Shown here in pieces: positions 43,901 through 52,579 of a stretch of DNA of 64,000 bases. Origin of the DNA: a virus. Each line of letters starts with the position of its first letter. The first letter of the stretch is position 1. The notes under the pieces are model-generated. The model had not been told where the DNA came from, made no database searches, and saw only the letters and a program-made list of their open reading frames with translations. The translations under genes were made by a program, and so were the position numbers. The DNA lies in IMG/VR virus record IMGVR_UViG_3300013132_000028, positions 32,001 through 96,000 of that record, one strand, 5' to 3'.

Positions 43901-44350
43901 TTAAGCGGCTGGGGGAAAGTACTTCACGCACTCAGGACCGAGCAGTCGATTTCGACTTTTCTGGTCGGTGAGTTGCGCACCGCATCTGGCGCAGCACTTG
44001 TGGCGCTCGCCGAAGAGTCGGGCGTACTTGTACGGGTCGTGGACGACTAGGTTCACGAGTGCCTGCTGCTGTGCTGGCGTCAGCTTGGACCGGTTGAAGC
44101 GTCCAGGCGCACCATGCAGTCGACGCATGTACGTGGTTCCCATGTACACTCGCACCTCGAAGAAGACCAGGTCGTTCTGCGCCGGGTCGTTCAACACGTG
44201 TGCGACTGCCTCACTGGGCACCGCATACTTAGAAACAGGTATGCGAGAAAGTGCCTCTCTTGTGCCCAGCCAGGCGGCCTTTGGGACCGGTTTATCCGCC
44301 GGTCTAGGGCCAGGGCCGAACAGGGTGAGCTGCTCTGCTACTGTCGTCAT
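43901..44350 (-). CDS. DUF6011-like zinc-binding protein
   Basis: C..CG..LTD..S....LGPEC. Confidence 0.7.
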   Translation of the reverse strand: MTTVAEQLTLFGPGPRPADKPVPKAAWLGTREALSRIPVSKYAVPSEAVAHVLNDPAQNDLVFFEVRVYMGTTYMRRLHGAPGRFNRSKLTPAQQQALVNLVVHDPYKYARLFGERHKCCARCGAQLTDQKSRNRLLGPECVKYFPPAA

Positions 44351-44541
44351 TTTGTCCTCCGTACAGGGAGCAGGCCTTCTACTCCCAGTACTATTATACC
44401 ATACCAGCGCTGGAAAGTAAAGCTCAGTCCTTGGATAACTCGAGCTGCCTGGCCGGGTATCTCTTCTTCATGGAGCGCTGCAGGCGCTTGACCACCCAGC
44501 AGTTCAGCTTGAGCATCAGGTTGAAATAGAGGCGCCTCATG

Positions 44542-44709
44542 TCAGACTCGCTCTCTGATGGAGAGCACGGCGGCTGCGATGGCGGCCAGGCCGGAGGCCA
44601 GCACCGCACGGTCGTTGCCCAGCACGGCGGCGACGAGCGAAGCTGCGCCGAGGACCACAGCCAAGACCGCAGACCAAACTACGTCTCGGAACTTAAGCCC
44701 GTTAATCAT
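44542..44709 (-). CDS. Small two-TM membrane protein (55 aa)
   Basis: Manual translation MINGLKFRDVVWSAVLAVVLG...; ATGA coupling. Confidence 0.6.
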   Translation of the reverse strand: MINGLKFRDVVWSAVLAVVLGAASLVAAVLGNDRAVLASGLAAIAAAVLSIRERV

Positions 44710-44897
44710 TGCAGTGGAGATTTTCTTGTGCGGCCCTTGAGGCGCTCGGATGGGTCTCGCAGCTCCACGCCCGAGAGTTGCACTGCCTTGCGAGCTGTGC
44801 GGTAGGTGACGCTGAGTTCTTTCGCGATGGCTTCCACCGCGAGGCCTTGCGTGTAGAGCTGTCCTGCCTTGGTTGATAGGTCGACTGCTGTTGCCAT
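44706..44897 (-). CDS. Small HTH DNA-binding protein
   Basis: LY.QG..V..IA.EL.V.Y.T......SGVELR. Confidence 0.7.
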   Translation of the reverse strand: MATAVDLSTKAGQLYTQGLAVEAIAKELSVTYRTARKAVQLSGVELRDPSERLKGRTRKSPLQ

Positions 44898-45023
44898 GAG
44901 TTGTCAGTTCCTGTTCTGTGTAGTTTGTCTTTTACGCCCTCGGAGGGCCGGTTGGTGTATAGGATGCACTGTTTTCGTCGGAAAGTAAAGCCTGACTCCC
45001 GGTGTTTCTTACTGATTTCGCGA

Positions 45024-45134
45024 CTTCCTGGCCCAGCCTGCCATGTCGAGGTACAGGCTGAGACGCAGGAAGGCTGCTGCGGGGAGACGAAGCAACTAAG
45101 TCGACCCGCAGCTTACCGGCTCACTGACCGGTAA
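45024..45134. ncRNA. Candidate structured RNA (three adjacent hairpins)
   Basis: CTTCCTG/CAGGAAG with CAGCCTG/CAGGCTG; GCTGCGGG/CCCGCAGC; TTACCGG/CCGGTAA; intergenic. Confidence 0.4.
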
Positions 45135-45136
45135 AT

Positions 45137-45532
45137 CTATGAGTTCGCGAAGAGTTTTCGTGTCCGTCTGCCCATGGGCGCACGGTCGCGTTCCTCTTTT
45201 GGCACTCTGTCCGCAATCGTGACGAGGGCCTGGTTGAAGGACTCTACGTCCTGCAGACTCTCCCACTCCTCGGCGCGCACGTCGAGCATGAACTCTACCG
45301 GCGTCGGGTCTTGGTTTGGCTCTAGGTTCTCCCACTTTTTTGCGAGTACGTTGATGCGGTGATGGACTATGTCCCTATTAGTAAGCCCCTCGTGATTGAG
45401 CAGCACGAGTTTGGCTACGTGAAAACCGTCTGGGTCCAGGCGCATTGCGCCTAGGTCTACCGCAGAAGGGTATCTGTTGAAGCCCAGCTCCTCTGCCTGC
45501 TTGCACAGACGCTGAAGGTCGGGCGTGTTCAT
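45137..45532 (-). CDS. Hypothetical protein
   Basis: Start reassigned to MNTPDL (45532) to avoid overlap. Confidence 0.6.
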   Translation of the reverse strand: MNTPDLQRLCKQAEELGFNRYPSAVDLGAMRLDPDGFHVAKLVLLNHEGLTNRDIVHHRINVLAKKWENLEPNQDPTPVEFMLDVRAEEWESLQDVESFNQALVTIADRVPKEERDRAPMGRRTRKLFANS

Positions 45533-45549
45533 TACTCTTATGTCTTCTT

Positions 45550-45795
45550 TTATGGTTTCTCCGTTCCGACGGGGAACACTGATTCCAGTAGCTCGTCTGT
45601 TGTCATAACTTGGCATGGGGTCACGCCCTGTCTCCAGTCACAGATTAGGTGCCTGTCTCCAATCGCGTGGTTAATCCCGATGGCCACAAGCAGCATCGCC
45701 AGACCCAGCACTACCCAACCGCGTGTGGTCACGCGCCAGGTGGTCTCAGGCTTGGTCTCTGCCTCGCGTATCGGGGACTGATACACTTTCGTCAT
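45550..45795 (-). CDS. Small membrane protein
   Basis: TRGWVVLGLAMLLVAI TM segment; own promoter. Confidence 0.65.
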   Translation of the reverse strand: MTKVYQSPIREAETKPETTWRVTTRGWVVLGLAMLLVAIGINHAIGDRHLICDWRQGVTPCQVMTTDELLESVFPVGTEKP

Positions 45796-45845
45796 CGTTG
45801 CTCCGTCTCTTTGTCATTTGGCCGGACTGTCCGGCGCTAGGATTA

Positions 45846-46187
45846 TTATACCGCATCTCCCTGCCCAAGTACAGCAGCCTTGTCTTGTATAGCAGCCTCG
45901 TCTAGGCTGGCGACTCTTTTACGGACCCTCTCGTACAGCTCCGCGGGTATGAAGCCACTGGCCATACCGGTGAGCCAGAAGTTCTTCATGTACGCTACCA
46001 GCTCTCGTATCTCCGCACTGTCCTTGAGCGTGCACTCGTTCTCGCACGCGTCTAGGCCGTGGAATGCTCGGTGGATTAGCCTACCCAGCTCGGTGTCTGC
46101 TCTTTGCTCTCTTATCAAGTCCAGGATGTGGACAGCCCAGCGGTCGACCATCTCGTCGTCGGTCACGACCATCTCGTCGTCGGTCAT
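45846..46187 (-). CDS. Hypothetical protein
   Basis: Coupled to the DUF2958 gene; stop codon lies inside the next TATAAT box. Confidence 0.6.
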   Translation of the reverse strand: MTDDEMVVTDDEMVDRWAVHILDLIREQRADTELGRLIHRAFHGLDACENECTLKDSAEIRELVAYMKNFWLTGMASGFIPAELYERVRKRVASLDEAAIQDKAAVLGQGDAV

Positions 46188-46492
46188 TTGTCCAGCAGCT
46201 CGCGCAGGGTCTTTGGTTCCCAGTTGCGGTCTCGCTCGATGCTAGGCACCTCGACCGCGCCGAAGCTGGTGGTCAGGCTCTCCAGCTCCTTGAGGGAGAA
46301 GTATCCCAGCTCTCGCTCCAGTCCATCGACCAGTCCGAAGAACAGGTCCTCTCCGTCGAACTCGGACGCGTACCAAGTCCAGCTTGAGTACGGCGTGAAA
46401 AACTTGACCAGCGCCTTGGCGTCTAGGCCCTTGTCCTCTTGTGAGTACAGCTTGGGCAGCTTGGCCCGCAGCTCCTTGGTGAGCAGCATCAT
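46184..46492 (-). CDS. DUF2958-like protein
   Basis: VKFFTP..SWTWY..E.DG..FFGLV.G.E.ELGYFSL.EL..IERD. Confidence 0.8.
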   Translation of the reverse strand: MMLLTKELRAKLPKLYSQEDKGLDAKALVKFFTPYSSWTWYASEFDGEDLFFGLVDGLERELGYFSLKELESLTTSFGAVEVPSIERDRNWEPKTLRELLDK

Positions 46493-46513
46493 GTGTCGTT
46501 CCTCCTTGTTAGG

Positions 46514-46600
46514 TACAGTCCACCAGGTGTCGGAGTTGTTTGCCGGGGCTCCTAGGATTTCGACCCCTCAGTTTGGCCACCGAACTCCTGGTGAACTGTA
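46514..46600 (-). ncRNA. Candidate structured leader RNA, motif copy 1
   Basis: 14-bp closing stem at the predicted TSS; UGGCCAAAC..GA / AAACAA loops. Confidence 0.55.
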
Positions 46601-46666
46601 TAGATGTATTATAGCGCAGGAGGGTGACAATGTACACCCTAGCCGGCAGGTGTTTCTAAAAAGGTT

Positions 46667-46762
46667 GGTGTGCGCTAGTCCGATGCTTCGTATAGGCAGC
46701 CCGAAGCTGCCCCATCGCTCACTGCAGGGACGAGACTAGTTCGACAACACGTCACGCACACC
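46667..46762 (-). ncRNA. Candidate multibranch ncRNA (96 nt)
   Basis: GGTGTGCG/CGCACACC, CTAGTC/GACTAG, CGATG/CATCG, GGCAGC/GCTGCC nested; followed by a T-run. Confidence 0.55.
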
Positions 46763-46803
46763 TTGTCTCGTTTGCGCAGGTTTCTAAGGCTTACCCGGGA
46801 ATA

Positions 46804-47094
46804 CTAGCCTTCGGCAGTCAAGCTGCTTGCCCCTGCGGGCTCCTGAGATGTCTTCCCGGAGTTCTTTTTGGTTTTGTTCTCGTACTCGTCTCTGGTCGGG
46901 TGCTTCTTGTGCAGCTGCACGAAGCTCTCGTCCGCACAGCCGAGCTTGCAGCTGCAGACGTAGAGACGCTCGTAGTAGCGGATGGACGGCTTGCACTTGT
47001 CGTGCTCGCCCATCATGCACCAGCCACAGAGGGTACCGGCACTCCGCACGATGTAGTCGATTGGAGTGTTGTACGGGTCTTCTATCTTTGCCAC
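46804..47094 (-). CDS. Small Cys/His-rich protein
   Basis: CGWC..G.H..C ... C.C..C. Confidence 0.6.
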   Translation of the reverse strand: MAKIEDPYNTPIDYIVRSAGTLCGWCMMGEHDKCKPSIRYYERLYVCSCKLGCADESFVQLHKKHPTRDEYENKTKKNSGKTSQEPAGASSLTAEG

Positions 47095-47258
47095 GCTGGC
47101 GCTTTGGCCATTTCTTCTACGTCTTTCTTAATCATCGCGTATGCGTTTCCGCACCGGTAGCAGTACGTCTCGGTGGGAATGCCGCCGAGAATAAAGGCGT
47201 CTACTCCCGAGAAGACCAGTTCGGTGTTGTGGCAGTTAAAGGTTTTGCACTGCTTCAC
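47082..47258 (-). CDS. Small zinc-finger protein
   Basis: GTG start; CKTFNC ... YCYRC. Confidence 0.55.
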   Translation of the reverse strand: MKQCKTFNCHNTELVFSGVDAFILGGIPTETYCYRCGNAYAMIKKDVEEMAKAPAWQR

Positions 47259-47419
47259 GATAAGACCTCGCTCTTGCGTTGCAGTTCGGCGTATGCACGC
47301 TCTAGTTGAATGTGCTCTCTCATCAGCGTTCCGTACGCGCGGATGCTGATTATGATTACAGTGCACGCTCCAAGGAGCGCAATAATGATTGCAAGAATGT
47401 CAGTTGTCAACAGCGTCAT
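47255..47419 (-). CDS. Small membrane-anchored coiled-coil protein (54 aa)
   Basis: Manual translation MTLLTTDILAIIIALLGAC...; AAGGAG RBS. Confidence 0.55.
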   Translation of the reverse strand: MTLLTTDILAIIIALLGACTVIIISIRAYGTLMREHIQLERAYAELQRKSEVLS

Positions 47420-47425
47420 CTTTTG

Positions 47426-47716
47426 TTATCTCCTTTTTGCTTTGCGAAGAAAGTAAACGAATCCACCGAGTGGACTTGCCAGGACGTACGCTACCACGAA
47501 ACCGGTGAAGCCGTCTAGTATGAAACCGACGACCAAGATTGCGATTGCAAACAGTTTCGCGAACCGTGCCCAGGTCAACATGGACCAGAACATTCCGAAA
47601 AGCATGGTGAACTCTTCGCGGTCTTCTTCGACGGTGTGGAAGGACTTGCGCTTTGAGCGCATGGCCTTCTTGCCGACGGTTAGAATCGCCGAGTCGTGCA
47701 TTGCTCCGTATAGCAT
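47426..47716 (-). CDS. Membrane protein
   Basis: Two TM segments; start MLYG after promoter 47757. Confidence 0.6.
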   Translation of the reverse strand: MLYGAMHDSAILTVGKKAMRSKRKSFHTVEEDREEFTMLFGMFWSMLTWARFAKLFAIAILVVGFILDGFTGFVVAYVLASPLGGFVYFLRKAKRR

Positions 47717-47795
47717 TTTGTCCTCGTTCCTCGAACCGCTTTGGTTCGATAGATGTATTATACCGTAATGGACCGACAAAGTACACCCTGAAAGG

Positions 47796-47829
47796 AAGAA
47801 ACCCCCGGGAGATGAAACCGGGGGTTCTT
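47796..47829. terminator. Intrinsic terminator, possibly bidirectional
   Basis: AACCCCCGG/CCGGGGGTT stem. Confidence 0.7.
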
Positions 47830-47842
47830 CGGGGAGACCTGC

Positions 47843-48172
47843 TTACTTGGCTTGGAGGACCGTGTAAGGTGTCTCGGTTAGGCAGGCAGTGTATGCCTCT
47901 GGGAATGATACTTGCAGGGTCTCGCGGTCAATGCCGCTGCGATTGCGCTTGAGAATGCGTACTCGTTCTACGCCGTTGATGGTTCCAGTCTCCGCGTCGC
48001 CTAGGAGCTCTCTGATTTGACCCTCGACCTCTAGCTTTTGAGCTTCTAGAGCCTTCAGGGCGGCTTTGGTGCTGTTGAAGCTAACGATTAGCTTCTCTGC
48101 TTCTTTACCGAGCTCGACCGAGTCGGTAGTTGTGGAGACCACTACTTTGGTCTCTATCTTGGTGCTGGCCAT
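47843..48172 (-). CDS. Coiled-coil protein (Gam/YqaJ C-terminus-like), paralog of 58166-58507
   Basis: LE..K.E....I...LGDA...TING..RV......S.IDR..L. Confidence 0.65.
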   Translation of the reverse strand: MASTKIETKVVVSTTTDSVELGKEAEKLIVSFNSTKAALKALEAQKLEVEGQIRELLGDAETGTINGVERVRILKRNRSGIDRETLQVSFPEAYTACLTETPYTVLQAK

Positions 48173-48263
48173 TCGACCACTTCCCTTCGTCTTTCGTCTT
48201 TGTCCAACCGGTTGGTTGAATAGATGTATTATACTATAGTGGAGCGACAAAGTAAAGCATCTG

Positions 48264-48336
48264 AGCCGCCTTCGGGAGTCGAACCCGAGGCCTTCGCTTT
48301 ACGAGAGCGACGCTCTACCGACTGAGCTAAGGCGGC
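48264..48336 (-). tRNA. tRNA-Thr(CGT), CCA not encoded
   Basis: GCCGCCT/AGGCGGC acceptor stem, TAGCTCAGTCGGTAGAGC D arm, loop CTCGTAA, GGTTCGACTCC T arm. Confidence 0.95.
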
Positions 48337-48340
48337 AGGC

Positions 48341-48616
48341 TCAGTCCATTTCGCGGTCATCCGCGCCGGTCTCGCCGGGGAACAGGAGCTCCCGCAACCG
48401 CTCTTCGTACCTCGAAGCGGTCCAGTCTCCTGACAGGTCTTCGTTGTTGGACAGGTCCTCCAGCGAGAACACCGCACAGTAGCCGGGCTCTTCGAAAAGA
48501 ACCGCGAGCTTGGTGTCGCTCTCGGCGGGGTCGTCGAAAATTGCGACAGTGTAAGGCATTCCGCCTCGGCCATTCCTGTGCGAAGCAGAGGCCACAATCT
48601 CGATTTTCGAGGTCAT
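48341..48616 (-). CDS. Hypothetical protein
   Basis: HRNG..G motif; probably leaderless (TAGAGT 6 nt before ATG). Confidence 0.6.
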   Translation of the reverse strand: MTSKIEIVASASHRNGRGGMPYTVAIFDDPAESDTKLAVLFEEPGYCAVFSLEDLSNNEDLSGDWTASRYEERLRELLFPGETGADDREMD

Positions 48617-48637
48617 GGCCCTACTCTACCGCACGAT

Positions 48638-48844
48638 TTAGCCTACCTGGGTAAGCTCTCCGCAGCCGGTACACCAGTACCAGTCTCCGAGTACTGAGTC
48701 CTCGTCGAACTCGTGCTGCCACTCGAACTTGTCGTGGTCGCAGTTTTCTGGGTTTTTCGACCCGTCTCCCCGCACGACTTCAGAGTCGTCCACACGAACT
48801 AACCCGTCTGGTTCCATTCTAAATCTGACTATTCCGTCTACCAC
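48638..48844 (-). CDS. Small zinc-ribbon protein
   Basis: C.H ... WCTGCGE. Confidence 0.55.
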   Translation of the reverse strand: MVDGIVRFRMEPDGLVRVDDSEVVRGDGSKNPENCDHDKFEWQHEFDEDSVLGDWYWCTGCGELTQVG

Positions 48845-49074
48845 AGGTCTTCCGCCTCCATTCGGTAGATGTGTCCTGGACCATTTCCCTCTGGGTCTTG
48901 ACTCGGTACCATCACGGTACCGTCATCTAGGGTGAACACCACCGGCACACTTCCGCCGCCTTGGTACCAACCCATGTTTTCTACTTCTTCTTCGGTCATC
49001 TCCCGCACAGACTTTATGGTACGACCAACCAGTGGTCCCCACTCGTCTTGCACGTAGTCTTTACGTACTGCCAT
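48838..49074 (-). CDS. Conserved hypothetical phage protein
   Basis: LVGRTI..VR.MT.EE...GW, PSQDPEGNGPG. Confidence 0.7.
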   Translation of the reverse strand: MAVRKDYVQDEWGPLVGRTIKSVREMTEEEVENMGWYQGGGSVPVVFTLDDGTVMVPSQDPEGNGPGHIYRMEAEDLW

Positions 49075-49356
49075 ACGAGTCCTTCCGTCGTTTCGCGAAT
49101 AGGTTTCGCGTTAGACCTATTATACCGCAAGGTGGGGTCAAAGTGTACGCCCTAGGAGAGTCCGCGCTACTCACGGGTAATGTTACCGGTGGGTAGCGAG
49201 CTTTTCTAAGTCGGGGATTTACCCAGGGGTACCGCAAAAAACTTTTCTGAGAATCTGCTCCCCTAGGGTGTACAAACGTCAGTGCTAAATGGTATAATAC
49301 AGTTATTGAATCAAACAGACGGGTTTGGTTCTCTTAACGAGATGGAGATGGATTAG

Positions 49357-49644
49357 ATGAATACTAATCTGAAGGAGCTTCAGTCCTTCTCACTTGAGAC
49401 CGCATTCAAGGCGGGCGAAGAGTGGACAAGCGCTGAGACTGATGTTCTTGCCAAAGCAAGAGCAGAAGGCATAAACTACTTTGCAATAGCAAAGATGTTA
49501 AACCGCACTGTTTACTCAGTGACGACTCAAGCAAGAGTGGTGGGAATTGCAAAACCACACTCAAATGCTCGCAAGAGCAAGAAAGTCCCAGTGCCTGCTT
49601 GTGTAAACTGCAACTTAGTGCACTCTTACAAGGAGTGCGACTAA
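49357..49644 (+). CDS. Myb/HTH-like DNA-binding protein with C-terminal zinc knuckle
   Basis: WT..E...L....G.....IA..L.RT..SV; CxxC..H....C; own promoter. Confidence 0.7.
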   Translation: MNTNLKELQSFSLETAFKAGEEWTSAETDVLAKARAEGINYFAIAKMLNRTVYSVTTQARVVGIAKPHSNARKSKKVPVPACVNCNLVHSYKECD

Positions 49645-49735
49645 ACTAAATGCCAGAAGGGCATTGACTAAATGTCAGTGCCCTAAGGTATAATAGAACT
49701 ACAACTGAATACAGAAACCAACCAACGACAAAGAG

Positions 49736-49993
49736 ATGGAGAAACAAATGAGCGCTAAATGGTGCTTGATGAACACCAGCGATGGAAGTCGCGGTGAGAG
49801 CGGCAAGAAGAAGGTCTACGAGGTAATCCTCGAAGGCAAAAAGGTTCGCATGATTTGGGGCATGGCAGAGAAAGATTCTCGCCAGTCAAAGACCATGGAG
49901 TTTGCTACTGAACTCGCTGCTAAGTGGTTTGCTCAAGACAAGGTTCGTGAAAAGATTCAAGAACGCGGATACGAGTTGGTCTACTCAGTCTAA
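49736..49993 (+). CDS. WGR-domain-like protein
   Basis: K.YEV......V...WG......Q.....F....A.......EK....GY. Confidence 0.72.
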   Translation: MEKQMSAKWCLMNTSDGSRGESGKKKVYEVILEGKKVRMIWGMAEKDSRQSKTMEFATELAAKWFAQDKVREKIQERGYELVYSV

Positions 49994-50005
49994 AACAAAA
50001 AACAC

Positions 50006-50038
50006 AAACCCTCTGCTGGAAGGCGGAGGGTTTTTTTT
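50006..50038 (+). terminator. Intrinsic terminator
   Basis: AAACCCTCTGC/GCGGAGGGTTT followed by T8. Confidence 0.85.
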
Positions 50039-50064
50039 ACGCTCGCGCGCTTTTGGCGGCAAAA

Positions 50065-50116
50065 GCATTTCGCGATTATCCGCGCAAACTCTTTGGCATT
50101 TCGCGATTATCCGCGC
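50065..50116. repeat. Two identical 21-bp direct repeats, 31-bp period
   Basis: GCATTTCGCGATTATCCGCGC at 50065 and 50096. Confidence 0.9.
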
Positions 50117-50269
50117 GGACTACATGTTTATTTACAGAATGAGCAGTAGTTATTAACCCGTATGTCTGAAACAGGGATGCTAAATAGTCTAGCGCAATGG
50201 AAGCATCTGACCGTTGCTAATCTATTTCTAGACCTAACAAGAGTTTTTAATTTGGTTAAATTCACAGCG

Positions 50270-50512
50270 CTAGTTCTTGACTTCAGCGCGGTAGTACTGG
50301 ATTCCTTCTGCTTCCTGCGTCAGGTCTTTGACCCAAGGCAGACGGTGTCTCGGCGCGTCAAGCATCGAGCTGGCGAACTCCACGGCCGCACGCTTCGCGG
50401 CGCCGAGAGTCGAGCAGGCGGCACGGCGGTACGTGTCTGTGTCTGCGTCCTTCACTTCTACCAGCCACGCCGACTGTGGCGCCTTGTTTTTCAGCATTGT
50501 TGCGACTATCAT
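50270..50512 (-). CDS. Hypothetical protein
   Basis: ATGA-coupled to the upstream gene. Confidence 0.55.
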   Translation of the reverse strand: MIVATMLKNKAPQSAWLVEVKDADTDTYRRAACSTLGAAKRAAVEFASSMLDAPRHRLPWVKDLTQEAEGIQYYRAEVKN

Positions 50513-51162
50513 TTGCGTCCTTTCACTCTGTTTTTCTTCAAGACTTTTCTGAGCGCCCGGCTCTTTCCGGTTGTCTTCTTGTAGCCGTACCGTACCATAC
50601 GATGTGACACGGCCGCGTTAGTGACTCCCAGCAACCTTGCCAGCGTGGCAAGCTTCACCTTCTCTACCCGCACTGAGTAGTTCAGCAGGCGCACGAACTC
50701 GTCCGCCTCCGCACGGTTTTTTGGGCTGTGCCCGCGTACGGCCGCGGCGTTCGGGAGCAGCTCCAGCAGTCGCCGTTTCGTTTGCTCGCTGGGCTGTGGC
50801 GTTTTTCTCTCGTACCTGCCGGCAGACCTCTCCGCGTAGACCGGCGGAAGTGGCAGCGGGTAGTGTGTAAGCACGTAGTCGAGCCAGGCGTCTTTCGGCT
50901 TGGTTAGAGTTATCTGCCGCACTCTTTCGCGGGTCAAGTCCATCGCGCCGGCGACCGCGCTGAGTGTCCAGCCCAGTTTTACGAGCTTCCAGGCGTATGC
51001 GCTCCGCATGTGGTTGCCGCCGAGGTACATGTGCGACCCGGGCCGGAGCGAGTTCTTTAATTCTTTTTTGAACACCGCGTGGACCTCAGGCGGCAGGGCC
51101 TGGTGTGCCTTCTTGATTTGTCCCCACTTGCCGTACGGGACTGTGTCTACCACTTCTTGCAT
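50509..51162 (-). CDS. Double HTH (sigma4-like) DNA-binding protein
   Basis: GWTLSAVAGAMDLTRERVRQI; LATLARLLGVT..AV..R..RYGY. Confidence 0.72.
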   Translation of the reverse strand: MQEVVDTVPYGKWGQIKKAHQALPPEVHAVFKKELKNSLRPGSHMYLGGNHMRSAYAWKLVKLGWTLSAVAGAMDLTRERVRQITLTKPKDAWLDYVLTHYPLPLPPVYAERSAGRYERKTPQPSEQTKRRLLELLPNAAAVRGHSPKNRAEADEFVRLLNYSVRVEKVKLATLARLLGVTNAAVSHRMVRYGYKKTTGKSRALRKVLKKNRVKGRK

Positions 51163-51270
51163 GTAAGCCTTTCGTTTTGCCGGTTGGTAATCGTATGGAC
51201 AGTTTTAAGCCGTATCCAGGGCTCTCCCAGCGCTACTAGCCCGAGATGGGATAGGGCGAGCGCTAGAAAC

Positions 51271-51735
51271 CTATTTATTCTGAAACAGAATGGGAAACTG
51301 CCGTTCGAACAAGTCCTCCTCGGAGAGGCAGCCGCCTTCTTCGTGCGCTTTTTGCGTGAACTCTTCGCCGGTGATTGCCCTGTACACTACCTTTGCCTGC
51401 TCGAAGCCGGCTTCGCCGCCGTCGGAACTCAGCAGGATTGCATCCGCGAAGTGTCGCTTTGCCAGCAGGAGTGCCGTCGTGACGACTACGTCGTAGTCGT
51501 ACTGATTTGTTTTGCAGAAGTCAAAGCCAGAGTCCTTGGGTTGGATTACCAGCGACTCGCACGGACCGGTTATGACGACCTCGTGTTGATTCGCGAGTAT
51601 CCCGCACTTGATGTTGACGCCAGCGGACTTGGTCCGCGACACTTCTACCTTCAACTTTTTTATGTCCGTCACGAACTTGCTGAAACTCTGTGGGTCCAGC
51701 GGTTTCTTGACGTTCCAGTAGTGGGTGTATCCCAT
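51271..51735 (-). CDS. Conserved hypothetical phage protein
   Basis: MGYTHYW ... FDFCKT....YD..V ... SSDG. Confidence 0.72.
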   Translation of the reverse strand: MGYTHYWNVKKPLDPQSFSKFVTDIKKLKVEVSRTKSAGVNIKCGILANQHEVVITGPCESLVIQPKDSGFDFCKTNQYDYDVVVTTALLLAKRHFADAILLSSDGGEAGFEQAKVVYRAITGEEFTQKAHEEGGCLSEEDLFERQFPILFQNK

Positions 51736-51822
51736 CTTTGTCCTTTCGTCTTTTTGCGGACTGTCCGCATAAACTATTATACCGCAAGGGGGTGACGTTT
51801 GTCAACCCCCTGCAGTTTAATG

Positions 51823-52077
51823 TTATAGATACTGGATGTGTTCTCCAGTGGTTGGGTCGAACGTCAGTTCGACCACGAAGTCGAGGACCTCGACTGGGAC
51901 TTCGTCCCGGTCTATCTCCTCTTCGTCTCCCTCTAACCAGAAGTTGACGTTTGTGTCTTCGACTCCCTCGTCGTCAGACAGTAGTTGAATCACGTAGGTT
52001 TTACCCTCGAACTCAACCGTGAAGTTTTGGTACCAACGACAAGGTGTCGGTGTTTCCATCTTCTTTAGGTTTACCAT
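51823..52077 (-). CDS. Small acidic protein
   Basis: Own promoter and RBS; D/E-rich. Confidence 0.6.
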   Translation of the reverse strand: MVNLKKMETPTPCRWYQNFTVEFEGKTYVIQLLSDDEGVEDTNVNFWLEGDEEEIDRDEVPVEVLDFVVELTFDPTTGEHIQYL

Positions 52078-52156
52078 GGTTCTCCCATCTCCAGTCTACT
52101 TCTTGTTCGACTGAATAAATGTATTATACCGTGCAGGACTGACGTTTTGTACACCC

Positions 52157-52396
52157 TCAGTTGGCGTGTTGTCTTGCGTCCTCGAGCATCATCACCATCA
52201 GTTTCTTGAGTGGTTTTGGGATTTCCTCGTACGGGATTTCGAGTACGGAGTCTTCGTCTCCGAACGTCATCATGTAGCAGATTTGGTCGACTATGTCCTC
52301 GCTGGAGTATTCCAGTTTTACCGGCACTAGGTCTCTGCCCGCGAGCAGCAGCGCCTTTGCCGCTTGGGAGATTTGCGTTGCCTCGTTCTTTCTCAT
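52157..52396 (-). CDS. Hypothetical protein
   Basis: GGAG RBS. Confidence 0.55.
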   Translation of the reverse strand: MRKNEATQISQAAKALLLAGRDLVPVKLEYSSEDIVDQICYMMTFGDEDSVLEIPYEEIPKPLKKLMVMMLEDARQHAN

Positions 52397-52399
52397 CGC

Positions 52400-52546
52400 C
52401 TACTCCTCCTCGTTCAGTACGTACAGCAGGGTTCCCATGTCGAACCCGAGACCAGTCCGCACTATGATTTCTTCGCCGTCTAACACCACGGTTGCACCGG
52501 GCATGTTCTCGCTCACGAAGTCCTTCAGGTCTTGCAGTGTGTCCAT
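52400..52546 (-). CDS. Small acidic protein (48 aa, MDTLQDLKDFV...)
   Basis: Manual translation; AAAAGGA RBS after a structured leader. Confidence 0.55.
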   Translation of the reverse strand: MDTLQDLKDFVSENMPGATVVLDGEEIIVRTGLGFDMGTLLYVLNEEE

Positions 52547-52579
52547 CTCTTGCCGTCCTTTTCGTCGTTGGGTTTAAGG

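Noticed and set aside
50065-50116. Mini CRISPR array (also considered for 62068-62126)
   Set aside because: Only two units with 10-nt and 5-nt gaps, and no cas genes
50162-50584. 140-aa plus-strand ORF
   Set aside because: Lies after a strong terminator, antisense to coupled genes, no RBS
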